Positions 38,456-49,406 of a stretch of DNA of 64,000 bases are shown piece after piece (within the stretch, counting starts at the first letter, position 1; every line of letters starts with the position of its first letter). The stretch lies in the NCBI GenBank assembly GCA_963737655.1, contig CAVTTN010000002.1, positions 4,416,001 to 4,480,000 on the forward strand, written 5' to 3'. The DNA comes from an uncultured Planctomycetota bacterium. Lineage in GTDB: Bacteria; Planctomycetota; Planctomycetia; Isosphaerales; Isosphaeraceae. Below the pieces are notes generated by a model. The model saw only the letters and a program-made list of their open reading frames with translations. It did no database searches and was not told where the DNA came from. A program made the position numbers and the translations under genes.

Positions 38456-39106
38456 ATGCCCCTGCGGTTCGACGTGCTCACCCTGTTTCCCGGCCTCTTC
38501 GACGGCTTCCTCGGCGAGAGCATCCTCAAACGCGCCATCGCCGCCGGGATCGTCGAGGTCCACCGCCATGACATCCGCGACTGGGCGGCCGGGAAGCATC
38601 AGCAAGTCGACGACCGCCCCTTCGGCGGAGGCCCCGGGATGGTCCTGATGGCCCCCCCGGTCGTCTCGGCCGTCGAGGCCGTCCGGGCCATGGCCGAGCC
38701 CGCCGGTCGATCCATCGCCCTGACCCCCCGAGGACGACGGCTCGACCAGGACCTCGTCCGAGAGCTGTCCCAGGAACCGAGAATCCTCCTGATCTGCGGC
38801 CGATACGAGGGCTTCGACGAGCGGATCTTTGACATCCTCCAACCCGAATCGCTCTCGATCGGCGATTACGTCCTCTCCGGGGGCGAGGTCGCGGCCATGG
38901 TCGTCATCGACGCCGTGATGAGGCTCCTGCCCGGGGCCCTCGGCGACTCCGAAAGCGCCCTGGACGAGTCCTTCGGCCCCGACGGCGGCCTCGAATATCC
39001 CCATTACACCCGCCCCCGAGACTTCCGGGGGCTCCCCGTCCCCGACGTCCTCCTCAACGGCGACCACGCCGCCATCGCCCGATGGAGGGCCTCGCGACGG
39101 ACGTAG
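38456..39106 (+). CDS. trmD: tRNA (guanine-37-N1)-methyltransferase
   Basis: VDDRPFGGGPGM, CGRYEGFDER, SIGDYVLSGGE, LEYPHYTRP. Confidence 0.97.
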   Translation: MPLRFDVLTLFPGLFDGFLGESILKRAIAAGIVEVHRHDIRDWAAGKHQQVDDRPFGGGPGMVLMAPPVVSAVEAVRAMAEPAGRSIALTPRGRRLDQDLVRELSQEPRILLICGRYEGFDERIFDILQPESLSIGDYVLSGGEVAAMVVIDAVMRLLPGALGDSESALDESFGPDGGLEYPHYTRPRDFRGLPVPDVLLNGDHAAIARWRASRRT

Positions 39107-39194
39107 CGGTCCGTGGTCCGTGAACCGACGTCCGGGCAACCGGCCCCCCCGAGCGATCCCACGGAAGCCGGACCCTGCCCAACGCCTCGGCCAA

Positions 39195-39231
39195 TGACCA
39201 CCGACCATCGACCACCGACCACTGACCACCC
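39195..39231 (+). repeat. Degenerate heptamer tandem repeat (TGACCAC/CGACCAC)
   Basis: TGACCAC CGACCAT CGACCAC CGACCAC TGACCAC just upstream of the rplS RBS. Confidence 0.7.
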
Positions 39232-39248
39232 CCACCGAGGGCCGACCC

Positions 39249-39725
39249 ATGCAGAACAAGTTCATGGAGCTGGTCGAACGCTCCAGCATGAAAGAGACGA
39301 TCCCGCATTTCGAGATCGGCGACACGGTGGATGTTCACGTGCGCATTCTTGAAGGCGAGAAGGAACGCATCCAGATCTTCAACGGCGTGGTGATCGCCCG
39401 CTCCGGCAGCCACACCCGCGAGATGTTCGTCGTCCGGCGGATCGTCCAGGGCGAGGGCGTGGAGCGGAAGTTCCCGGTCCACTCCCCCCGGATCGCCGAC
39501 ATCGTGGTGAAGCGGTCGGGCAAGGTCCGCCGCGCCAAGCTCTACTACCTCCGCGACCGCAGCGGCAAGGCCGTCCGCCTCAAGGAGCGGTTCCCGGGCG
39601 GGAAGGCCACCGCCGCCGAGGCCAAGGCCACCAAGGACGCCAAGCGCGCCACCCGGCTCGCCGCCAAGAAGGCCAAGGCCGACGCCAAGGCCGCCGCCTC
39701 CGCCGAGAAGGCCGCGCAGTCCTGA
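39249..39725 (+). CDS. rplS: 50S ribosomal protein L19 with Ala/Lys-rich tail
   Basis: GDTVDVHVRILEGEKERIQIFNGVVI...GVERKFP...GKVRRAKLYYLR. Confidence 0.97.
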   Translation: MQNKFMELVERSSMKETIPHFEIGDTVDVHVRILEGEKERIQIFNGVVIARSGSHTREMFVVRRIVQGEGVERKFPVHSPRIADIVVKRSGKVRRAKLYYLRDRSGKAVRLKERFPGGKATAAEAKATKDAKRATRLAAKKAKADAKAAASAEKAAQS

Positions 39726-40306
39726 CCCCCCGTCAAGGAACGCCCGCCCAAGGTCGCATGCCCACATCCATGTCGAGTCCGCGATTGCGGACCTCTTCGC
39801 GACCGCGCGAAACCGAAGAGGTCCGCAATACGACATGCACCCACGTCCTCGTGGACATGCCTTCACGGAGACCGGGACGCACGGTCCCATTAACGCACTG
39901 GCACACCCAAAGGTGCAGATGTCCGAATTTCCGGCAAACCGAATCGGCCCGATCGGCCGAAGTTGACTACACATTTCGCGCCAGAATCGCGTTTGGGCCG
40001 GGAAAACAAGGGGTTTTGCGCGCAACGACTCGTGCACGCAGATCCTCCCACATACGTTCATTCGATGTCGCGAAAGACGCAACCCCTTGGGGGATCTTGA
40101 GATCCGCCGACGCTCCGGATCGCCGCCCGGGCGTCCCGATCGCCCGGGAGCCGAACACTGCGCAGGTCCGCGGAAGCCCATGAAGGCTTTCATGCGAACA
40201 AGCGTTTGCAAGAGAATCCCGCCGGGCGATGCGGCCCCTCGAACGGAATTCCCGATCGCCGGGGCCCTCGGCCCGCGATGATGTCTCACGAGCGGCCGTC
40301 GGACGA

Positions 40307-42289
40307 TCAGCGGGTTTCGGCCGTCCATCCCTGCTTGAACAGGCGGACGACCCGACCCGGGCGCGCGTCGGCGGGCAGGTCCGACGCCTCCAGGACCCAG
40401 CGCATCCCGCTGTCGCCCAGGGTGCCGCGCGCCTCGGGGTCGATGTTCGGCGGGTAGCCGGCGAAGCCGAAATTCCAGGGCGGCCCGGGGGCCGGGCGGA
40501 GCGAGTCGTCGGCCGGCCGGGCGAAGACCCGCTGGCCCCACGGGTCGCCCCCGAGGATCGCCTCCAGCTCCCGACGTCTCGCCGCAAAGAGCGCCACCGT
40601 GACTTTTTTGCCCTCAATCCGCTCGATCCAACCCGGAACGCCACGTTCCCGCCACTGATCGCGATGGCGATTGCGCCGGTCCTCCATGGCCATCTTCTGC
40701 GAATCCGATCCGGACCAGATCTCGGAGCAGACCCCCCGGCTCGTGGCAGTCCGCCCCCGAAGATTCACGAGCAATTCGTCCCCCTTCGCCAGATCCCCCA
40801 GGCTCGCCGACTTACCTCCTTTGAAGACCCGGGTCCGCTCGTCCACCGAGAGGATTTCCCGGCCGAAGTCCGGCGGCCGGACCATCGCCTCTTTCTCGTC
40901 CTTCACCAAACCATGCTGAACGGCCACGAACAAAACCCCCTCGTCGAGCCGCAGCTCCTCCACCCGGAGGGTCACCCGCTCGTCCACCAGGTGCGTGAAA
41001 TCGTCGGAGATCACGGACGCCTTCGTGAAGGCACCCGACCCGTCCGGGTGGAGGAAAAAGCGGCAGCGGTTGCCGATCGGCACGTCCCGGAGCTGGGCTT
41101 CCGCGTCGAGAGACAGGACCTGACCATACGGAAGCAACCCAAACGCGACGATTTCGCCGGTCCGATCGGTTCGGAACGTCCCGGATCGCCCGTCGTCACC
41201 GATCGTGAGGAGCTCGCCGAGAATCCCGTGATGCGAGTGATACGGCGGGAACTGGTCGGGCCGAGGGCGGAACCAGGGGAGATGGGCGTTGCCCGAATCG
41301 GTCCGATAGGGGTAGAGGTTCGGGTCGATCCGGTCGGGCCGGGCGTCGGGGGCCTCGCTGTAAACGCATTCTCCATAAGGCATATCGCGAACCGGCCACG
41401 ACGGATGGGCGAACAAACGGACGATCTCCCCCTTGCGGAACCCTTCAAGGAGCAAGTCGGGCTCGATCGTCCATCGAACACCAGCGATCCCGGGTTGATC
41501 CGGTTTGAACGCTTCGAAAGCGAGGATTTTCGACCGTTTGCGATCGACGGGCGGGTTATACGTGCGCAACTCGTCATTCGCGACCACCGTATCGACGTGG
41601 CGATGCTCGCTTGCCCATTTCGCCGGGTCGATTCCCTCGTCGTTCATCAACGATCGCAGGCCCTCCGGATCGCCCAGGAGCGAGACCGTCATGACCTTGC
41701 CCGCGACCCGCTCGACCCTCGCCGCGATCCCCCGTTCCCGGATGAACTGGCGATGCCTCGCCTTCTGCCCCTCGATCGCGATCGTCCGGGCCTCCGAGCC
41801 TGCCCAGAACTCCGAAACCACGCCATTTCCCGAAAAATTGAGGAGGAGGTCGTCTCCCGGGACGAGTTCCCGGGCCTCCGAGGCGGCCTTCCCTCGCCAG
41901 AATCGCGAATGCCGGTCGATCCGGAGTTCGCGACGGGCCGCGCCCTGGGGGGTGACGACGAGCTTCCCTTGCTCCAACCGGACCTCGTCGAGCCGGGACG
42001 AGGCCCCGGCCCGGGTCATCGCGGTGAAATCGTCGCAAAGCGTGGTGACGACTCCGGTTTCCGCATCGGTCGAGGCGTGGAGGAGCGTCCCGAGCGGCAC
42101 GTCCCGCAAGTCCCCCTCGGCGCCGACGTAGAAAACGGTCCCGTTCGGGGGCAGGCGGAAATCGACGATCGTGCCATCGTCGACCCGCCGGATCTGCCCC
42201 GATCGATGGAGGAAATCGGCCTGGACGAGCGTGCCCTCGAAGCCCGTTTCGGCCCCGATCAACGCCAAACAAAGCAAACAGACCGTCAT
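40307..42289 (-). CDS. Exported hypothetical protein with internal duplication
   Basis: Two homologous halves (LRDVPLGT / LRDVPIGN; GDDLLLN / GDELLVN; RERGIAARVERV / RERGVPGWIERI); ATGA overlap with the DUF1552 gene. Confidence 0.75.
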   Translation of the reverse strand: MTVCLLCLALIGAETGFEGTLVQADFLHRSGQIRRVDDGTIVDFRLPPNGTVFYVGAEGDLRDVPLGTLLHASTDAETGVVTTLCDDFTAMTRAGASSRLDEVRLEQGKLVVTPQGAARRELRIDRHSRFWRGKAASEARELVPGDDLLLNFSGNGVVSEFWAGSEARTIAIEGQKARHRQFIRERGIAARVERVAGKVMTVSLLGDPEGLRSLMNDEGIDPAKWASEHRHVDTVVANDELRTYNPPVDRKRSKILAFEAFKPDQPGIAGVRWTIEPDLLLEGFRKGEIVRLFAHPSWPVRDMPYGECVYSEAPDARPDRIDPNLYPYRTDSGNAHLPWFRPRPDQFPPYHSHHGILGELLTIGDDGRSGTFRTDRTGEIVAFGLLPYGQVLSLDAEAQLRDVPIGNRCRFFLHPDGSGAFTKASVISDDFTHLVDERVTLRVEELRLDEGVLFVAVQHGLVKDEKEAMVRPPDFGREILSVDERTRVFKGGKSASLGDLAKGDELLVNLRGRTATSRGVCSEIWSGSDSQKMAMEDRRNRHRDQWRERGVPGWIERIEGKKVTVALFAARRRELEAILGGDPWGQRVFARPADDSLRPAPGPPWNFGFAGYPPNIDPEARGTLGDSGMRWVLEASDLPADARPGRVVRLFKQGWTAETR

Positions 42290-43677
42290 GCCGAGACCTC
42301 CGAGACCGGCCCCACGCTGTCCACGAATGTCTCGGTCTCGACGCCCATCTTGTGGAGCATGGTGAGCATCAGGTTGCTCAGGCGGGCCTTGTCGTCCTTG
42401 GGACGGCCGCAGAGGTCCAGCCATTCGTCGTAATCGAGCTTGTAAGGGCCACCCTGCGGCTTGTTGTAATCGATGTGATGGCCATGCTTTAGGCCAAGAC
42501 CGCGACCCCCCGCCAGGAGGATGGGCAGGTTGCTGTTGGAGTGGCTGTGGCCGTAGCTCATCCCGCTGCCGAAGAGGACCATCGTCCGGTCGAGCAGCGG
42601 TTCGCCGCCGTCATTCACGGTTCGGAGCCGGTCCAGGAAATAGCCGAATTGCTGCATGAGAAAGGCGTCGCTCTTGGCCAATCGGCCGAGCATCTCGGCG
42701 TCTCCGCCGTGGTGGGAGAGCTGGTGGCGGGACTGGGTGATGCCGATCTCGGGGATCGCCAGGCCGTTCCCCTCGCTGCCGCTCATGTAGCTGACCACCC
42801 GGGTCATGTCGGTGCGGAGGGCCAGGACGATCAGGTCATACATCGTTCGGTAATATTCGCCGGCGCGGTCCTTGGTCACGTTTCGTTGGAATGGGGCGCC
42901 GTCCACCTTCGGTTTGGGTCGGTCGAGCCAGGCGTCAAGCCGAGCGGCTCGTTGCTCGACATCCCGGACCGAGTGGAGGTACTCGTCGAGCTTGGTCCGG
43001 TCGTCGGTTCCGAGCCCCCGGCGGAGTGATTTCGCATCATCGAGCACGGAATCCAGGACGCTCCGGCGGCGGACCAGCTCGCGGCGGCGGGCCGCCACGC
43101 CCCCGGGCTCCTCGCCGAAGAGGCGGTCGAACACGGTCCGGGGGTTGTCCTCGGCCGGCAGGGGGACGCCGTCTCGCGAGAAGGCCAGCGTGGTCGAGTT
43201 GTTCGGCTGCCCGGTCCCCGAGCTGATCGAGAGCTCCAGGGAGGCGAACCGGGTGTGGGGCGAGGTCACCTCGGCCATCATCTGATCGCACGAAATCGTG
43301 TTGTGGTATTGCCTTGCGCCCTGGGCGTCGATGCTCGCGCCGGTCAGCCACGTATCGGCGCAGACGTGCGCCTGGCCCAATCCGTTGGGGTGATGCAGGC
43401 CGCTGAAGACGGTGAACTCGTCGCGGAGCTTCTCCAGGGGCCGCAGAGACGGCGAAAGCTCGTATCCCGCCCCGGGCTTCGTCACCTGCCAGGTCATCCC
43501 GTTCACACCGTTGGGGATGTAAACGAAAACGCTCCGTCGCGGACGATCGGCGGCCTGGGCGGCCGACGCGCGGAGCGGGGTCATCGCGTCCAGCAGCGGG
43601 AGGGCCACCGAGGCGCCGACCCCCCGGAGGAACAGGCGGCGGGACAGGAGCCAGCGTTGCGCCAGGACGTTGCTCAT
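42286..43677 (-). CDS. DUF1552 domain protein (Tat-type signal)
   Basis: LSRRLFLRGVGASVALPLLDAM; SVLDSV; KLDEYLHSVRDVE; LALRTDMTRV. Confidence 0.9.
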   Translation of the reverse strand: MSNVLAQRWLLSRRLFLRGVGASVALPLLDAMTPLRASAAQAADRPRRSVFVYIPNGVNGMTWQVTKPGAGYELSPSLRPLEKLRDEFTVFSGLHHPNGLGQAHVCADTWLTGASIDAQGARQYHNTISCDQMMAEVTSPHTRFASLELSISSGTGQPNNSTTLAFSRDGVPLPAEDNPRTVFDRLFGEEPGGVAARRRELVRRRSVLDSVLDDAKSLRRGLGTDDRTKLDEYLHSVRDVEQRAARLDAWLDRPKPKVDGAPFQRNVTKDRAGEYYRTMYDLIVLALRTDMTRVVSYMSGSEGNGLAIPEIGITQSRHQLSHHGGDAEMLGRLAKSDAFLMQQFGYFLDRLRTVNDGGEPLLDRTMVLFGSGMSYGHSHSNSNLPILLAGGRGLGLKHGHHIDYNKPQGGPYKLDYDEWLDLCGRPKDDKARLSNLMLTMLHKMGVETETFVDSVGPVSEVSA

Positions 43678-43768
43678 GGGCCTCGGGCCTTTCCCGACGG
43701 TCGGGGGCGGGGGATGGGGTGCGGTGGGGTTCTGGGGGGATGAGGGCGGCGGGTGCCTAGGCTGCACC

Positions 43769-46258
43769 CTACTTCTTCCCGAAGAGGTCGCTTTCGACCA
43801 GGGTTTCGATCAGCGAGGCCAGGCCGTAACCCTGGGCTTTGGAACGGGATGCGATCTCGGCGAGGGCCCTGCGGTCGTCGATCGTGGTGCCTCGACGCAG
43901 GGCATAGGTGGCCAGCTTGCCGGCCAGGGCGACCGCGAAACGGTCGAGGTCGTCCTTCATCAACGATTTCAAGCCGTTGGCGTCGCTGAACTTGCGGCCG
44001 TCGGGCAACTCGCCCGAGGGATCGACGTCCGGGTTCGTCCCGGAGCCGTCGCGAACGTCCTCGCGGGTCCTCCATCGGCCGATCGCGTCGTACTGCTCGA
44101 ACGCCAGCCCGAGAGGGTCGATCTTGCGATGGCAGCCGGCGCAGCTGGCCTCGTTGCGATGGGCTTCAATCTTGGCCCGAAGCGAGGTTTTGGGTTGATT
44201 GGGTGGAGTGGGCTTGATCGCCGTCACGTTGGCCGGCGGAGGCGGGGGCGGTGAGCCGTAAATCGATTCCAGGAGCCACTTTCCGCGATGGACCGGCCGA
44301 TGCCTGGTGCCGTCGGACGTCAGGCCCAGGATCGACGCCTGGGTGAGCAGGCCGCCCCGGTGGGCCTCGGGGCGGAGGGGCACCCGACGCATGACCTCGC
44401 CGTCCACCCCGTCGATCCCGTAGTGGTTCGCGAGGATGCCGTTGAGCATGGTCCAGTCGGAGTCGAGGAACTCGCGGATCGAGAGGTTTCTGGACAAAAC
44501 TTCCCGAAAAAACGCGGTCGTCTCGGCAACCATGCTCGTTTCGAGGTATTCGTCGTAATCCGGGTAGAGTTTGCGATCGGGAGCGAACATTCCAACACGG
44601 CGAAGCTGGAGCCACTGGCGGGGAAAGGACCCGGCGAAGGCCGAGGCGCGGGGGTCCTGGAGCATCCGGCGGACCTCATCCCGACGCACTTCGGGCCGTT
44701 TCAGCTCGCCCCGACGGGCCAGGTCGATCAGGCGGTCGTCGGGCATCGTGCTCCAGAGGAAGTACGACAGCCGCGAGGCCAGCTCCCAGTCGGTCAGACG
44801 CTCGGAGGGGTCGGAGGCGGAACCCTCGACGAGGTAGAGGAATGCGTTCGAGCAGAGGACGGCCGTGAGGGCCGTCTTGACCGACGCCTCGAAGGAGTCG
44901 CCGAGCCCCCGGGATGCCTCGAACAGTTTCACGAGGCGGTCGAGCTCGTCGGGGCGGACCGGGCGGCGATAGGCGCGGGTCGCGAACCGGGAAAGGATGT
45001 CTCGGGCGTAGGCGGCATCCCTGGTCACGCCTTCCCCGGCGAAGAAGATGCGATCGTGGGCGGGGGTCGGCCACGATTCTTGCAAGGGGCCTTCCCACTC
45101 GATCCAGTCGAGGAGGATGGTGGGCCAGATGGGCTTGCCGTCGTCGTCGGTGAGCTTGATTTGCCAGGGTTGGCGGGCGGACATCTTGAAGAACGGGCGG
45201 GTGTTGAGCGGTCGGGAGGCTCGCTCCTCCGGGTTGGGTCCGGGGACGGCGTTGACGATGCGGATCAGGTGGGTCCCGGCTGGCAGGTGGGTTCGGAATT
45301 CCAGGGTGGTGGGGCGGTCTTCGGGGGCGTCCACGTCGCCTTCGAAGATCGCACGGCCGAGATCGGTCGCGTAGAGCCGAAGTCGTGCGGCCCGGCCACC
45401 TTCGGGACGAAGGCCGCTGAGCTTGACCCTCACGGCGTACTCGCCGGGCGAGGGGATCACCAGGTCCCGGCCGTCCAGAGCGCCGTTGTTGGGGACGATG
45501 TCGGCGCGGACCTGGTCGAGCATCCCCCGGGCGGCGAGTTCTCGGGCGATGTCGCCCCGGACCCGCATCTGGGCGGCCGTCCAGCGGATGGTTTCGGTCG
45601 GGGGTCGGGGACCGAGGGCGAGGGCCTCGTTCAGGACGGAATCGGCGGCGGCGAGGTACTTCTCGACGTGGGTCGCCGACAGCGAGAGGACCGGCCCGAG
45701 CCTCTCAAAGCCTTGCCAATCCGGGTCTTCGGGCAAGCCTGCGGGGTCGGAGGCGTCGAACGTGACGCCGAGGAGGTCGCGGATCGTGTTGCGGTATTCC
45801 TCGCGAGAGAGCCGGCGGAAGGCGATCCGCTCGCCCAGGTTCGCGCGGCGGGCGGCCTCGGCCTCTTCCATCCGGGAGCCGATCCACTCGGAGATCCGGG
45901 CGGATTCCTCGGCCGTCGGGCGGGGTTCCCTGGGCGGGGGCATCTCGCCCGAGCCGATCCGGTCGAGGATCTCGGCCCATCGGGTGGCGGTGCGGGTCTC
46001 GGCGAAGTCGGTGCCGAGCTGGTCGACGCGGAGGTCGCCCTTGGCCTTCGCCTCGCCGTGGCAGCGGACGCAGTGGCTGGCGAGGAACGGCCGGACGTCG
46101 GCCGAGAAGTCGGGAGGGTCGGCGGCCTCGGCGACGGCGGGCGCCTGGATCAGCAGGAGGATTCCGATCGCGGCTCGGAGGGAGGGGCTCAAGGCGGTGG
46201 TCCCCGAGGGGCCGGCGGGGCCGGACGGGTGATCGTCCGGGTTCCTGCGATCGATCAT
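43769..46258 (-). CDS. DUF1592/DUF1588-family planctomycete cytochrome c-type protein
   Basis: CVRCH and CAGCH heme motifs; RRLSREEYRNTIRDLLG; ELASRLSYFLWSTMPD; IDPLGLAFEQYDAIGRWR. Confidence 0.9.
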   Translation of the reverse strand: MIDRRNPDDHPSGPAGPSGTTALSPSLRAAIGILLLIQAPAVAEAADPPDFSADVRPFLASHCVRCHGEAKAKGDLRVDQLGTDFAETRTATRWAEILDRIGSGEMPPPREPRPTAEESARISEWIGSRMEEAEAARRANLGERIAFRRLSREEYRNTIRDLLGVTFDASDPAGLPEDPDWQGFERLGPVLSLSATHVEKYLAAADSVLNEALALGPRPPTETIRWTAAQMRVRGDIARELAARGMLDQVRADIVPNNGALDGRDLVIPSPGEYAVRVKLSGLRPEGGRAARLRLYATDLGRAIFEGDVDAPEDRPTTLEFRTHLPAGTHLIRIVNAVPGPNPEERASRPLNTRPFFKMSARQPWQIKLTDDDGKPIWPTILLDWIEWEGPLQESWPTPAHDRIFFAGEGVTRDAAYARDILSRFATRAYRRPVRPDELDRLVKLFEASRGLGDSFEASVKTALTAVLCSNAFLYLVEGSASDPSERLTDWELASRLSYFLWSTMPDDRLIDLARRGELKRPEVRRDEVRRMLQDPRASAFAGSFPRQWLQLRRVGMFAPDRKLYPDYDEYLETSMVAETTAFFREVLSRNLSIREFLDSDWTMLNGILANHYGIDGVDGEVMRRVPLRPEAHRGGLLTQASILGLTSDGTRHRPVHRGKWLLESIYGSPPPPPPANVTAIKPTPPNQPKTSLRAKIEAHRNEASCAGCHRKIDPLGLAFEQYDAIGRWRTREDVRDGSGTNPDVDPSGELPDGRKFSDANGLKSLMKDDLDRFAVALAGKLATYALRRGTTIDDRRALAEIASRSKAQGYGLASLIETLVESDLFGKK

Positions 46259-46297
46259 ACCAGAGATCCCCGGCGATGCGAGGCTCCGGGCGAGCGA

Positions 46298-46978
46298 TCA
46301 TCCATTCTCCAGGACCCACTGCGCGGCGGACCGGGCGAGCTCGGCGGACGTCTTGAGCCCGAGCTTGGCCTTGATTCGTTGGCGATAGGTCTCGATGGTA
46401 TGGATGCTCAGCTTCATGGAATCGGCGGTCTCGGCGGTGGTCTTGCCCAGGCCGATGGCCCGGAAGACCTCGAGCTCGCGGCTGGAGAGCGATTCCAGGG
46501 GCGTGACCACCCCGGCGGCGGCGGTCCCGGAGACCGCTCTCAGGACGAGGCGGGCCGACATCTCGGGGCTGAGGAAGGGTCGGCCGCGGAGGATACATCG
46601 GATTGCCTCGATGATCCGCCCGGCGACCTCGTGCTTGCTGATGTAGCCCATGGCGCCGGCGTTGAGGGCCCTCTCGGCGTAGAGTTCCTCGGGATACATC
46701 GAGCAGACGAGGATGAGGATGCCGGAGGCCCGGGCGCGGATGCGGCGGATCAGGTCGATCCCGTCCCCGTCGCCCAGGGAGATGTCGATGAGGGCCAGGT
46801 CGGGGCGGGTGGCGTCGATCCGGGCGAGGGCCTCGGGGATACTGGCGGCTTCTCCGCAAACTTCCAGGTCGGGCTGGCGGCCGATCCGGATGGCCAGCCC
46901 TTCCCGGACGATCGGGTGATCATCGACGATCAGCACCCGGGCCGGATTCCGGGCCGAGGTCTCCCCGCGATCGAGCAT
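46298..46978 (-). CDS. NarL/LuxR-family response regulator
   Basis: IVDDHPIVREGL, DISL, LSSRELEVF...TIETYRQRIKAKL. Confidence 0.93.
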   Translation of the reverse strand: MLDRGETSARNPARVLIVDDHPIVREGLAIRIGRQPDLEVCGEAASIPEALARIDATRPDLALIDISLGDGDGIDLIRRIRARASGILILVCSMYPEELYAERALNAGAMGYISKHEVAGRIIEAIRCILRGRPFLSPEMSARLVLRAVSGTAAAGVVTPLESLSSRELEVFRAIGLGKTTAETADSMKLSIHTIETYRQRIKAKLGLKTSAELARSAAQWVLENG

Positions 46979-49090
46979 CCCGCCGCCCTCCGCCGACGAG
47001 GCAAGCCACTCGGGTGCCTCGGCCCTCCGCCGGGCCGATTTCGAGCGATGCGCCGAGCAGGTCCGCGCGATACCTCATGATCTTGAGGCCGAGGCCGAGG
47101 CCCCGCACCTCGGGGATGCCGACGCCGTCGTCCCGGACCTCCAGGGAGGTTCGTCCGTCGGCCTGGGCGAGCCGGATCCGAATCCGGCGGGGCTTGCCGT
47201 GCTTGATGGCATTGGCGATCGCCTCCTGGGCGATCCGGAAGAGCTGGGTGGCGACCGGGACCTCGGCGACGAGGACGTGGGCCTCACACTCCACGGAGGC
47301 TTCGATCCCGTGGAGATCGGTGACCCGGAAGGCCAGCTCCTGGAGGGCCTGTCGGAGGCCGAGGGCCTCGACTTCCATCGGGACCAGTCCGCGGGCCAGG
47401 GCCTGAACCCTCGCCCGGGCCCGCTCCAGGCGGTTGCCGATCCTCGCGGCCAGGCCCGCCTCGGCCGATCCGGCCTCGACCAGGGCGTCGGCCAGGGCGC
47501 CGACCATCAGGCCCACTCCGGTGAGCTCCTGGCCCACGTCGTCGTGGAGGTCCTGGCCGATCCGCCTCTGTTCCTGCTCGGCGATCGAGAGCACCTCCCT
47601 CTGGAGCGACTTCAGCCCGGTCAGGTCGCTGGCGACGCCCAGGATCGAGACCACCGAGCCGTCGGGGCCGAACTCGGGGACCAGTCGGGAATAGTAGTGC
47701 CGGGAGCCGGAGGGGCCCTCTAAGGAGAATTCCAGCTCGGTCGGGCGGCGGGTGCGGATGGTCTCCGCGATCCGCCCTTCCCAGAGCGCGTTGAGGTCCG
47801 GCGGCATCCCCAGCTCGCGGTTGGTCCGGCCCAGGAACTGCTCTCGGGGCCTCCCGGTCGCCTCCTCGACGGCCCGGTTCACGTAGACGTGGCGGAGGCC
47901 CAGGTCGAATCGGGCGATGATCAGAGGGCTGTTCTCGGCCAGGGCCTCGAAGGCGATCTCCCGTCGTCGGAGGTCCTCCTCGGCCTCCCTGCGGGCGGAG
48001 ATGTCGCGGACGATCCCGGTGAACAGGCGTCGGCCTCCCTCCCGGAACTCGCCGACGGCCAGCTCCATCGGGAAGGTCGAGCCGTCTCGCCGCAGGCCCC
48101 GGACCTCCCGGCCGATGCCGATGACCCGGGCCAGCCCGGTCTGGGCGTAGGCGGCGAGGTATCCGTCGTGCTCGGAGCGGTAGGGCTCGGGCATCAGCCC
48201 GGAGACCTTGCGGCCGATCATCTCCCGGGACGAGTAGCCGAAGATCCGCTCGGCGGCGGGGTTGGCCGTCTGGACGATGCCGGCTTCGTCGATCGTCAGG
48301 ACGCCATCGACGAGGTTCTCGACGATCGTCCTCATGCGATCGTCGCCGGCCCGGACGGCTTCCTCCAGCCGCTTCCATCCGGCGATGTCCTTGACGACGG
48401 CCAGGGAGTCCCCGGGCCCGTCGGCCCCGTCCGGGCCCGTGAGACCTTCAGGCGGACCCAGGCCTCCGAGCCGTCGGCCCGGACGTGGCAGATTTCCCGG
48501 GCCGTCCAGCCCTCCGGGTCGGCGGCGGGCATCAGGCCGCTCAGGGCGCCGTCGAGGAGCTCCTCGCGAGACGAGCCCACCATCTCGCAGAGGGTCCGGT
48601 TGACCCAGAGCCATCGGCCGAGGCCGTCGATGTGGGCGAGCCCGATCGGGGCGGTCTCCAGGGCCTGGCGGAGCCGGTCCGCCTCGCAGCCCTCCGGGCC
48701 CTGGTGCCGCCGGAGGATCGCCGACCAGCCGAGGATCCGGCCTTCTTCGTCCCGGATCGGCGAGACCTCGGGCTGGAGGAGGATCTCCCGGTTCTCCTTG
48801 GTCATCCAGGCGACAGGACCGGCCCCGGGGGCGGGCCCGAGGGTCGCGATCGGACGGCCGATCACCTCGTCCGGCCGATGGCCGAGCAGCCGCTCGGCGG
48901 CCGAGTTCCAGGTCATGATCCGGCCGTCGCGATCGACGGAAACGATGGCCAGGTCGAGGGATTCCACGACCGCGTCGAGCCATCGGGCCCGCTCCCGGGC
49001 CTTATGGGGGAGGCCGCCGATCGGGACGAAGGCCGCTCCCGGCCCGGAGTCCGACGCAGGCTGGTCCCCCGCTCGCCCGGGCGATCTCAT
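46920..49090 (-). CDS. Multi-PAS HisKA_3-type sensor kinase containing a FixL-like PAS; frameshift near 48431
   Basis: PAS repeats in two frames that join if one G is added (…VSRAR-DGADG…); LMPEPYRSEHDGYL; EQRRIGQDLHDDVGQEL; QEAIANAIKHG; DDGVG; GLGL. Confidence 0.85.
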
Positions 49091-49406
49091 GGCGTTCTCC
49101 AGCGTGGCACTCGTTCCGCCAATCCCCAGCGTCGGGGGTACACGCCGTGTGGATGGTACCACAGCGGTCGGAATCCTGGCCATCTCTGGCCAAAAATTCC
49201 CGAAGACCCGCCCCGTGGTGGATTCCACCACCCCAGGATCAAGGATCCCGCGATTGTGTCTGGGCTTAAATCGGATTAACCTCTTCGAGTCCTGGAGAGT
49301 TCCTCACTCCGGACGGAATCTGGGTCAAACCAGGGGCGGGCACCTCGCGGAACAGAAGCCTGTCCTCATTTCGTCCGGGACTCTCAAGGCCCTGGAGATC
49401 AAGACG

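Noticed and set aside
39726..40306. tRNA, SRP RNA or protein-coding gene in the gap after rplS
   Set aside because: No cloverleaf or SRP helix-8 motif recognised by eye and the ORFs lack codon bias; only degenerate palindromes and the shared 22-bp motif were found.
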